Shown piece after piece: positions 8,739-16,195 of a stretch of DNA of 64,000 nucleotides. The DNA comes from Candidatus Aenigmatarchaeota archaeon (lineage in GTDB: Archaea > Aenigmatarchaeota > Aenigmatarchaeia > QMZP01), in NCBI GenBank assembly GCA_016185435.1, contig JACPNN010000021.1:269-64268 (forward strand), written 5' to 3'. The translations under genes were made by a program, and so were the position numbers. Under the pieces are notes generated by a model, which was not told the DNA's origin, did no database searches, and was given only the letters and a program-made list of their open reading frames with translations. Position 1 is the first letter of the stretch, and each line of letters opens with the position of its first letter.

Positions 8739-9383
8739 ATGAATTCTAATGTAAAACGCGCACTAATTGAGCTTAAGGAAGGCAAGATGATTGTACTGTA
8801 TGATGAAGACAAACGAGAAGGCGAAGCTGATTTAATTTTTCATGCGGCCTCTGTAAACCCTGAAAAGATTGAAACGCTAAGAAGACATGCGGGAGGGTTA
8901 ATTTGTCTGGCAATCGGTAAGAATATAGCAGAAAGACTTAACTTGCCTTTTATTAGCGATGTTCTTGCAAGCAATCAGACAGCTGCAAAAATGATAGTCA
9001 AGAAAACGGCTTATGGAGATAAACCTGCATTTTCTATTGCTATCAATCACAAAAGCGTGTATACCGGGATACCGGATAACGATCGTGCACTAACGATAAG
9101 GGAGTTTGCAAAAATAATAAATGAAAATAATAGAATAGAAGGAAAGTTTGTAAACAACTTCTATACGCCTGGGCACGTTTTTCTTTTGATCGATCGTGGA
9201 TTAGAGGTGCGAAGAGGGCACACCGAACTTTCGATAGAACTTGCGAAACGATCAGGATTAAGCGAAGCCATGGTACTTTGCGAAATGCTCGGGGAAGGCA
9301 AGGCGCTTAGCAAAAAAGCTGCGATGGAATATGCTAAAAGTCGCAACTTAGTTTTCTTAGAAGGGAGGGAGATATATGGTTAA
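8739..9383 (+). CDS. ribB: 3,4-dihydroxy-2-butanone 4-phosphate synthase (RibB)
   Basis: LYDEDKREGEADLIFHAA and TPGHVFLL motifs of DHBP synthase; AT-rich codon usage unlike the flanks. Confidence 0.7.
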   Translation: MNSNVKRALIELKEGKMIVLYDEDKREGEADLIFHAASVNPEKIETLRRHAGGLICLAIGKNIAERLNLPFISDVLASNQTAAKMIVKKTAYGDKPAFSIAINHKSVYTGIPDNDRALTIREFAKIINENNRIEGKFVNNFYTPGHVFLLIDRGLEVRRGHTELSIELAKRSGLSEAMVLCEMLGEGKALSKKAAMEYAKSRNLVFLEGREIYG

Positions 9384-10272
9384 AGAGAGAGAAAAGAAAA
9401 AGATTGGTATTGTCGACACGATGTTCTCAAGAATAGATATGGGTGCGATAGCTCTGGATGAACTTAAAAAAGCGAAAGGACTACAAATAAGTAGGAGAAC
9501 TGTTCCTGGGATAAAAGATATTGGAGTTGAATGCAAACGCTTAATCGAAGAAGATGACTGTGATGCGTGTTTGGCTTTAGGTTATGTTGGCGGTGCAGAA
9601 ATAGATAAACAATGCGCGCATGAGGCATCTCTAGCCATAATGCAAGCTAAGCTTTTAACCAACAAACATATTCTGGAGGCGTTTGTATTTGAGGACGAGG
9701 CATGGAACGAGACAGAGTTATTGGAAATTGCAGAAAATCGCGTTCGCAAGCATGCGCAAAATGCTGTTGCGATTGTAAAAAATCCAAAAGCACTTACTAA
9801 ATTTGCTGGAAGAGGAATAAGACAAGGAAAGGAAGATGAGGGAGAGATAGAAGAAACGAATAAGAAATTTGCTATGGGCGTTGTTGTTTCTGAATTTAAT
9901 AAGGATATTACTGGAAAAATGGAAAGTATCGCTAAGCAGTATGCAGAGAAAAGGGGGATTACAATAAATAGAATAATCAAAGTTCCAGGTGCATATGATA
10001 TTCCGTTAGCAGCTAAAAGATTGCTAAGCGAAAAGGATGTAGATGCAATAGTAACGCTAGGGGCAATTCTAAAAGGAGAAACAAAGCATGATGAGGTAAT
10101 TGCACAATCAACTGCTATGATGCTTTCCCAGCTAGCGTGTGAATTTAGGAAACCTGTGGCGTTAGGGATAATAGGTCCAAAAGTTACATGGGAACAGGCA
10201 AGCGAACGCGCAGAAGGCTATACAAAGCGCGCTATAGACGCTGCGATTAAATTATACGAGGCGATAAAATGA
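9376..10272 (+). CDS. ribC-ribH: archaeal-type riboflavin synthase (RibC) fused in frame to lumazine synthase (RibH)
   Basis: N-terminal half KKIGIVDTMFSRIDMG...RTVPGIKD...CAHEASLAIMQAKLLTNKHILEAFVFEDEA matches archaeal RibC (MJ1184-like). C-terminal half ...KVPGAYDIPLAAKRL...GAILKGETKHDEV... matches the RibH fold. Single continuous 298-aa ORF. Confidence 0.6.
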   Translation: MVKEREKKKIGIVDTMFSRIDMGAIALDELKKAKGLQISRRTVPGIKDIGVECKRLIEEDDCDACLALGYVGGAEIDKQCAHEASLAIMQAKLLTNKHILEAFVFEDEAWNETELLEIAENRVRKHAQNAVAIVKNPKALTKFAGRGIRQGKEDEGEIEETNKKFAMGVVVSEFNKDITGKMESIAKQYAEKRGITINRIIKVPGAYDIPLAAKRLLSEKDVDAIVTLGAILKGETKHDEVIAQSTAMMLSQLACEFRKPVALGIIGPKVTWEQASERAEGYTKRAIDAAIKLYEAIK

Positions 10273-10436
10273 GCGTCAAGCATATTGCAAACTCTCTATT
10301 CTTCCAACACAGTTTGGCAAATTTATGGTTCATGCGTTTGTTGATGATGACAAAAAAGAGCATATCGCATTAGTGAAAAAAGTAAGAGTGATATGACAGC
10401 AGTGCGCATCCATTCAAAATGTTTTACTGTCGCGCA

Positions 10437-10480
10437 AACCCCCTCAACTTGACCTCCTGTACAAGCGAATTCCAGTTGAT
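10437..10480 (+). repeat. intergenic ~38-bp conserved motif, copy 1 (GTCGC(G/A)CA...CCCTCAACTTGACCTCCTGT(A/G)CAAGC)
   Basis: ctgtcgcgcaaaccccctcaacttgacctcctgtacaagcgaat; related copies at 11784-11829 and 12661-12700, all same orientation, each at a cassette boundary. Confidence 0.6.
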
Positions 10481-10591
10481 TGGCAGGATACAGAGCACAA
10501 ATCCTGCAGTCTGCAATCCATTGGACGGCAGGAAATTTTTCGTGAAAAAGGCCGTATTGGCCATCCTTGCAAAGGCCGTTTTCGGCATGAT

Positions 10592-11158
10592 ATGAAATGG
10601 TACAAGAAATACCATGATTTTGGTAAAGTATTTAAATATCAGAAAGAATATACCATTAAAGTGGTAAAAATGGTCTCAGTGGAAACATTGATGAAGGAAG
10701 GCAAAGTAAGCAGGATAAGGGAGCTTGAAGTGGAAAGATACGTGAATTTCTTTGAGAATTCATACAGGGACAATCTGGGGCACTGCATGTTCAGCCTAAA
10801 GGAATTCCCGAGATGGAGCATCATTTCAGGGTATTACGCCATGCACGACATCACTAAGCTGCTTATTGCAAAGAAGTACAGGCTGAAAATAGAGCTGGAA
10901 GTTCATGCAACCACCATAAAAGTCCTGAAGGAATTATTGGGGGACAGGGTAATTCTGCGGCTGATCGAGAGGGGATACAGGGAATTCATTTCTTTGGCCA
11001 ACGATCTTGCCGAAGCAAAGAGGCAGCGAACTCGGGCGCAATATTACACAGGCACAGAATACATGAAAGAGCATTTCGGAAAGATGTCCGAAGAGTTCCT
11101 TGCTGCAACAGTCAATCCGTACGTGCAACGCATCAGAAAGCTCCTGGAGGCGGCGTGA
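10592..11158 (+). CDS. HEPN-domain protein (toxin component of HEPN/MNT module); internal start at 10670 possible
   Basis: GYYAMHDITKLLIAKKYRLK... HEPN-like helices; 4-bp overlap with downstream nucleotidyltransferase gene. Confidence 0.55.
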   Translation: MKWYKKYHDFGKVFKYQKEYTIKVVKMVSVETLMKEGKVSRIRELEVERYVNFFENSYRDNLGHCMFSLKEFPRWSIISGYYAMHDITKLLIAKKYRLKIELEVHATTIKVLKELLGDRVILRLIERGYREFISLANDLAEAKRQRTRAQYYTGTEYMKEHFGKMSEEFLAATVNPYVQRIRKLLEAA

Positions 11159-11724
11159 TTATGATAAGCCAGATATTCGACAGCGGGTCCTTCAAAGTGC
11201 TGGCGCTGTTTGCGCTGTCGCCGGGCTCGAGGTTCAGGAGAAAGGAGATAAAGGAAAGGATAAAGTTACACAATGTGCCGCTGGATAAATCTCTTTCCAA
11301 GCTTGCCAGTTCGGGCATGATAAAAAAAGAAGGCGCCTACTATTCCATAAACTTTGGAAACAGTCAAACGGAAAATGTCATAACCATTGTTGCACAACAG
11401 CATAAGCAGCTGAAAAACATCCCGCTGGATGTCCACTTGCTGCTTGCTGATATTGCTGCAGAGATCGCTGCCATCAAAGGGCTGGAGATCTGGCTTTTCG
11501 GCTCTTATTCAAAGCTGGTATACAGCGAAAAATCAGATGTGGATGTTGCGGTTCTCGGGCCGGAAAGCATCGATAAGCAGCGCATCAGAAGGCTTTTCAA
11601 AAGGCTGGAAAGGCATTACGGCAAAGAGATAGGGGAGCATTTTTTCGAGCTGCATGCCTTTTACAGGAATAAAAAGGACCCGCTCGTGAAGGAGATACTG
11701 CAACATGGGATACGTCTTCTATAG
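11155..11724 (+). CDS. minimal nucleotidyltransferase (MNT) of HEPN/MNT pair
   Basis: LEIWLFGSYSKLVYSEKSDVDVAVLG = GS...D.D nucleotidyltransferase-fold motif. Confidence 0.6.
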   Translation: MIMISQIFDSGSFKVLALFALSPGSRFRRKEIKERIKLHNVPLDKSLSKLASSGMIKKEGAYYSINFGNSQTENVITIVAQQHKQLKNIPLDVHLLLADIAAEIAAIKGLEIWLFGSYSKLVYSEKSDVDVAVLGPESIDKQRIRRLFKRLERHYGKEIGEHFFELHAFYRNKKDPLVKEILQHGIRLL

Positions 11725-11783
11725 CCTCAAAATTTGCTGACAATCATTGTCATCCGGCCACATTTTTGAAATCGTCCATTAGT

Positions 11784-11829
11784 TTGTCGCACACATCCCT
11801 TTCAACTTAACCTCCTGTGCAAGCACAAT
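11784..11829 (+). repeat. intergenic ~38-bp conserved motif, copy 2
   Basis: ttgtcgcacacatccctttcaacttaacctcctgtgcaagcacaat. Confidence 0.6.
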
Positions 11830-11870
11830 GGTAGGTTAAGCCAGCAGGCTGTTTATGTTTTATTGGATAA

Positions 11871-12635
11871 TTAAATTTTTGATTGTAAAGTTTTTTCCGA
11901 AGCGGAAATCAAATCGCAATACCAAAAGCCAGTTGTGGGATGTGTATTTGTTCCGCAAGCATAACCCGTATCATTTTCTTTCTTTGGTTGTGGAACATAT
12001 TTGCGATATACGGTTTCGCCTTTTGTGAATTGAAGTGATTTTTGGAAAATAGGACCATCATAAACGAAAGTATGAAACTCTCCGTATTCACCGCAAGGGT
12101 CAATTTTTTCGGGCAAGTCATTTAAAAAATGTTGGTCAAATTCTCTGCCGGCAAAGGATTGGTCCAGATGTTTTTCATCCACACAAATTATTATGGCTTT
12201 AAATGCTAAATCAATAAATTCCTTGGCTAATTGTTTGGTTGAAAGCTGCCAGAGAGGAAATACGCCTTTGAAATCAGCAAGGGCTAACTGTTCCTCCCTG
12301 TATTTTCGCAGGTCGGCTAAAAAAATATCTCCGAAAACAGCATGATGAATATTTTCTTGCTTGAAATTGTAAAGTGCGTCTGACATCATTTGATTGTATG
12401 TTTCCATTGTGGGCCAGTCGGGCATAACGAGTTTGTGCAAAGGAATTCCAATGCTGTGGGCTTGCTGTTCTAATAGTTCTGCACGAACGCCGTGCATTGA
12501 AATGCGATTATATTTCTCACTGATAGAAGTTACCAAATATGGAATTTCGTATTCTCCGTTTTGTAAAATTTTATGGAGTGCAAGAGAAGAATCTTTTCCA
12601 CCGCTCCAGTTGAATATGGCTTTTGGTTTTGTCAT
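11871..12635 (-). CDS. PP-loop ATPase of the MJ0570/Dph6 (diphthine-ammonia ligase-like) family
   Basis: N-terminal NWSGGKDSSLAL PP-loop; C-terminal CGEYGEFHTFVYDGPIF block typical of this family; very AT-rich relative to neighbours. Confidence 0.55.
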   Translation of the reverse strand: MTKPKAIFNWSGGKDSSLALHKILQNGEYEIPYLVTSISEKYNRISMHGVRAELLEQQAHSIGIPLHKLVMPDWPTMETYNQMMSDALYNFKQENIHHAVFGDIFLADLRKYREEQLALADFKGVFPLWQLSTKQLAKEFIDLAFKAIIICVDEKHLDQSFAGREFDQHFLNDLPEKIDPCGEYGEFHTFVYDGPIFQKSLQFTKGETVYRKYVPQPKKENDTGYACGTNTHPTTGFWYCDLISASEKTLQSKI

Positions 12636-12660
12636 AGATTATTTTATTTGCCCGTTTCAT

Positions 12661-12700
12661 CCATCCGAAAGGTCGCACACCCCCCCCTCAACTTGACCTC
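12661..12700 (+). repeat. intergenic ~38-bp conserved motif, copy 3
   Basis: ggtcgcacaccccccctcaacttgacctcctgtgcaaac. Confidence 0.6.
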
Positions 12701-12786
12701 CTGTGCAAACTAATGCGAAAAAATATCTTCTTAACCCCATAAAAACCAAAATTAAAATGGGGGCAAGCCAGCAAATGCCGGAAGAA

Positions 12787-12927
12787 TCAGCCGCCAATCC
12801 TGAACATCTTTGTGCCGCACTTCGGGCACGAACCCTTGATTGCAGCCTTCTTGTTCTTCAGTGTCACTTTCTGCGGATTGCTCATCTCTCTTTTTGCCTT
12901 GCACTTCACACAGTATGCCTGTGTCAT
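12787..12927 (-). CDS. 46-aa C4 zinc-ribbon protein (absent from ORF track, below size cutoff)
   Basis: Reverse translation MTQAYCVKCKAKREMSNPQKVTLKNKKAAIKGSCPKCGTKMFRIGG with CxxC...CxxC. Confidence 0.4.
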   Translation of the reverse strand: MTQAYCVKCKAKREMSNPQKVTLKNKKAAIKGSCPKCGTKMFRIGG

Positions 12928-13089
12928 CAAATCACCTCATGATTTAACCTGGCAAACATTTTCATGAATGCCGAAGATAGACTATTTTCAAAGGGCTACT
13001 TATAAAGATATGCAGGAATCTGTTCACATATTTTTACTATCTGGAAGTTGTCCTCTGGCCACAGTGTTAACGCCAAATGGGGCCAGACA

Positions 13090-13105
13090 CGCCTATTTAT
13101 CCTCT
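13090..13105 (+). promoter_or_regulatory. candidate TATA box for histone gene (leaderless transcript)
   Basis: gcctatttatcctc about 23-28 bp upstream of ATG 13124. Confidence 0.25.
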
Positions 13106-13123
13106 CAATAACAGAATTTAACC

Positions 13124-13345
13124 ATGTCAAATCTCCCACTGGCCACCTTCGAGAAGATCCTCAAAGCCAGCAAACAGGGAATAAGGGTCAGCGACAAGGC
13201 CACAAAGGAGTTCATCGGGGCCATAGACAGCATCGCAAAGGAGATAGCGTCAGAGGCCAGCACGCTTGCCGAGCACGCCAACAGGAAGACAATAATGGAC
13301 TCCGATGTCAAGCTGGCCGTCAGGAAGTTCATGGAGAAGAAGTGA
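13124..13345 (+). CDS. archaeal histone (HMf-like histone fold)
   Basis: MSNLPLATFEKILKAS...RVSDKATKEFIGAIDSIAKEIASEASTLAEHANRKTIMDSDVKLAVRKF aligns with HMfB-type archaeal histones across the whole length. Confidence 0.8.
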   Translation: MSNLPLATFEKILKASKQGIRVSDKATKEFIGAIDSIAKEIASEASTLAEHANRKTIMDSDVKLAVRKFMEKK

Positions 13346-13346
13346 T

Positions 13347-13643
13347 CTAAACCGATGAGGATGCGGCCACAAGGTTTTTGCGGAGTCTGCCGTCTTTGAA
13401 ATAAGCATAAGCTGCTTCTACCTGTTCTTGTATAGTATCTTTCCAGAAAGGATGCTCATCAGGCAGGGTGTTCACATAGCCGAATGCTTTTTCCATTTCT
13501 TCTATCTGCTGGCTGTCAAGAGGACCGTCATCCAGAACCAAGTCATAGGCACCCTTTTTCTGGAGCTCCCAAATTTCATACTGCCTTACAGCAGTCTGCA
13601 CACAAAATATATGTGCTCGATGAGATTTGGCATCCTCTTGCAT
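13347..13643 (-). CDS. hypothetical acidic small protein
   Basis: ORF only; no recognisable motif. Confidence 0.2.
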   Translation of the reverse strand: MQEDAKSHRAHIFCVQTAVRQYEIWELQKKGAYDLVLDDGPLDSQQIEEMEKAFGYVNTLPDEHPFWKDTIQEQVEAAYAYFKDGRLRKNLVAASSSV

Positions 13644-13679
13644 CGTCTATATTGAAATGAAGCATTAAAAACCTGAAAC

Positions 13680-14807
13680 TCATTCTCCTTCCAGAGCCTT
13701 CACAATCCTCTGGTGCGTCCTCTCTATGATTTCCCCTTCAGCGCCTGTGTTGATTATTATGCACCTTGCCCTTTCCATCTCCTTCCTGAAGAACCTCTCC
13801 TGCCTCCTGTCATCCCTCACGAGCAGATAGGGGTTGTACCAGGGCTCTTTTCCCATCTTCCCCCACATCTCCCTGGGGCCAGCCCCCGGCCTTATCATGT
13901 ATTCCCCTGATCTTAAAATCTCAATCGCCTTGTCAGGGTCGAGCTCCTCGTATGCCGGGCTTTTATTGTCCCTTCTCAGCAGGACTATGAGATCCAATGG
14001 CGCCTGCTCCGCAACCCTGCCCGAAGACAGGACATGCCTGTCAGCAATGGCCCTTGCATTCGCGAAGCCCCAGAAGCAGCATCCGTGCCCCATTTCAATT
14101 CCGCAAATATCCCCTTTTTCATGGCTGCACTCGCCCCTTTTTTCTATCACATTCTCGCATTTGCTTTTTTGCAGAATAGGAATGAGCCATTTCTGTTCCC
14201 TGGCATTCTCAGTCCTTATGTACAGCTTCCTTTCAGGCTGGACAGCTGAAAGATCTTTCCTCCTCTGGTCAATATGCACCCAGTCATCGCCTATCAGCCT
14301 GCCTTTCTCGGACATGAAAATCACGGATGTCTGCGTCGTCTTTCCTGTCCCTGTCGGAGCGACTATAATCACGCCCTTTCCATTATAGACTGCGCTTGCC
14401 GCATGTATGGAATGTATCCCATCAGCCTCCATTATCTTCGAGGCCATCCCCAGGGCCCAGCTCTTGCACTGGCCGTAGTATTCCGTGTTGACAAACACAG
14501 CAGTGTCTAGCTCTCCGCAATACTTTGCGGATGGCTTCTGGCCCCCTATCCCGTTCACTGAATAAATTACAGCGTCAGGCCTTGCCTTGGAAGATTTGTT
14601 CCAGTTTTCTGTCCAGAAGTCATGCTGATGCAGACTATTGGTTATCAGGCGCACGCATATCCCATTTATATCCGCATCAGAGGCAAAGGATTTTGATTTT
14701 CTGAGCTGCTCCTCGGCCATAAGGACAGATTCCTTCACAGATTCTTTGGCTGCACTTTTCTCCGACTCAACCCTGGCCTTCGAGGCCGTGGCGTAATTCG
14801 ACAGCAT
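13680..14807 (-). CDS. HprK-related P-loop kinase-fold protein
   Basis: GKGVIIVAPTGTGKTTQT P-loop followed ~19 residues later by RLIGDDWVHI, mirroring the HprK/P GxSGxGKSE...LVADD arrangement. Confidence 0.4.
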   Translation of the reverse strand: MLSNYATASKARVESEKSAAKESVKESVLMAEEQLRKSKSFASDADINGICVRLITNSLHQHDFWTENWNKSSKARPDAVIYSVNGIGGQKPSAKYCGELDTAVFVNTEYYGQCKSWALGMASKIMEADGIHSIHAASAVYNGKGVIIVAPTGTGKTTQTSVIFMSEKGRLIGDDWVHIDQRRKDLSAVQPERKLYIRTENAREQKWLIPILQKSKCENVIEKRGECSHEKGDICGIEMGHGCCFWGFANARAIADRHVLSSGRVAEQAPLDLIVLLRRDNKSPAYEELDPDKAIEILRSGEYMIRPGAGPREMWGKMGKEPWYNPYLLVRDDRRQERFFRKEMERARCIIINTGAEGEIIERTHQRIVKALEGE

Positions 14808-14937
14808 AAGACTATTTCATAATGCGAAATAGAAGTTAAAAAGGTATGCCGAAATCATGTACAACTAAGTGTGCTATATAAGCATGCTCAACCAATTATA
14901 TTAGAGAATTAGTTTTTTGCTAATTCTTGGTCGAAAC

Positions 14938-15228
14938 ATGAAAATAACAGACCTGAAGCCAGGGATGAACAGGGTCAACCTCGAGGCCAAGATCGACCAG
15001 CTTGATGAGACCCAGGAAGTGATGACAAAGTTCGGCATAGTGGCCAAGCTCACAAACATCATGATATCCGACGATTCAGGCAAGATAAAGCTTGTCATCT
15101 GGGGCGACACCCCTGTAGGGATAAAGAAGGGCAGCAAGCTGGACATAAAGAATGCGTTTGTCAAGGCCTTCAGGGGGGAGAAGCAGATCGGAGTCGCAAG
15201 GAGCGGGAAGATAGAAGTCGTCAAGTGA
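14938..15228 (+). CDS. OB-fold nucleic-acid-binding protein
   Basis: MKITDLKPGMNRVNLEAKI...KIKLVIWGD...IKNAFVKAFRGEKQI, typical anticodon-binding/SSB-like OB-fold pattern. Confidence 0.45.
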   Translation: MKITDLKPGMNRVNLEAKIDQLDETQEVMTKFGIVAKLTNIMISDDSGKIKLVIWGDTPVGIKKGSKLDIKNAFVKAFRGEKQIGVARSGKIEVVK

Positions 15229-15330
15229 AAGTTTCTCATCCTTGAATTTCCAGCCTTATCAGGGCGCTCTGCCTCAGCCTTCCCGGAAAACATGATCAGG
15301 CACTTGCCGATGCCCTGCCTCATGACTCTT

Positions 15331-16153
15331 TTAGGTGATTAGGTCATTTCCGGACCAAATTACCTCCTTTTGTTATATTGACCAACAACTTAAAAACATC
15401 TTCGTTCCGGTGGTTGAACCGGAACTCCATTTCCTTCAGATAGAACGGATAGTTGACCATGTTGATGCCGTGATATTTGTGGAATCGTTCCTTGGCATAT
15501 GACCAGAATCCTTCTATGCCATTGATGTGATTGTGGGACTTGCCAAAAGTGTATCCATGATTGATTTTGTTGTGCTTGCCGAACTGTTTCAGGGACTTGT
15601 ATGACTTGAAGTAGTCTGTGTAGAACACAGAACCCTTCACAGACTTCTTCTTTATCTCACCCATCAGCGTCTTGGCTTTGACATTGATCACGACTTTGGT
15701 GTAGACCTTGCCATTGCGTTCCAGTATGCCGAATACGATAGCCTTGTTGAATGCCCCACGACCTCTCTTGCCCTTCCTCTTGCCGCCGAAATATGTCTCG
15801 TCAAGCTCCAGTTGTCCGGCGAGCTTAACGAATTCCTGGTCTAGATGCGCCATTATGGACATTCTGAAATCCATGTATCGGGCATGAACGGTCCTATACG
15901 GCACTGAAAGCTCTTTGGCGGCTTTGAGCGCTGATACTTCGATATAGAAGTAGTACAGAATCTCCAGGTCTCTCCTTAACTTGTGCAGGCTGTATGCACG
16001 TCTGCAATGTCTGCATTTTTTCCTTCCGTCGGCAAGTTTGTACAGGCCGTACTTGCCGCAGTAGAAGCACTTTTTGCCGTTGAAAATGTTGTCTGGCACT
16101 CTTTTCGATAGCATTATACCCTTTTTTGGTACGGAACTTTATCAATCACCTAA
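15331..16153 (-). mobile_element. IS1595-family insertion sequence (~823 bp) with ~29-bp imperfect terminal inverted repeats
   Basis: Left end TTAGGTGATTAGGTCATTTCCGGACCAAA (15331-15359); right end reverse complement TTAGGTGATTGATAAAGTTCCGTACCAAA (16125-16153); single transposase ORF inside; no clean target-site duplication seen. Confidence 0.7.
15344..16114 (-). CDS. tnp: IS1595-family (ISH4-like) transposase
   Basis: N-terminal CxxC...CxxC zinc finger, DETYFGGKRKGKRGRGA...VFGILER...TDYFKSY...HNKINH conserved blocks. Confidence 0.7.
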   Translation of the reverse strand: MLSKRVPDNIFNGKKCFYCGKYGLYKLADGRKKCRHCRRAYSLHKLRRDLEILYYFYIEVSALKAAKELSVPYRTVHARYMDFRMSIMAHLDQEFVKLAGQLELDETYFGGKRKGKRGRGAFNKAIVFGILERNGKVYTKVVINVKAKTLMGEIKKKSVKGSVFYTDYFKSYKSLKQFGKHNKINHGYTFGKSHNHINGIEGFWSYAKERFHKYHGINMVNYPFYLKEMEFRFNHRNEDVFKLLVNITKGGNLVRK

Positions 16154-16195
16154 TTTTTTTTATATCTTCTTAATCCAGTTTCTTCATGATTACCA

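Noticed and set aside
10437-12700. Interpreting the 38-bp motifs as bona fide integron attC sites
   Set aside because: No R''/L''/L'/R' core architecture, sites too short, one cassette on the opposite strand, and no integrase in the window. Kept only as a loose analogy.
14901-15323. 140-aa minus-strand ORF
   Set aside because: Fully overlaps the OB-fold gene on the opposite strand and has no motifs; likely spurious.
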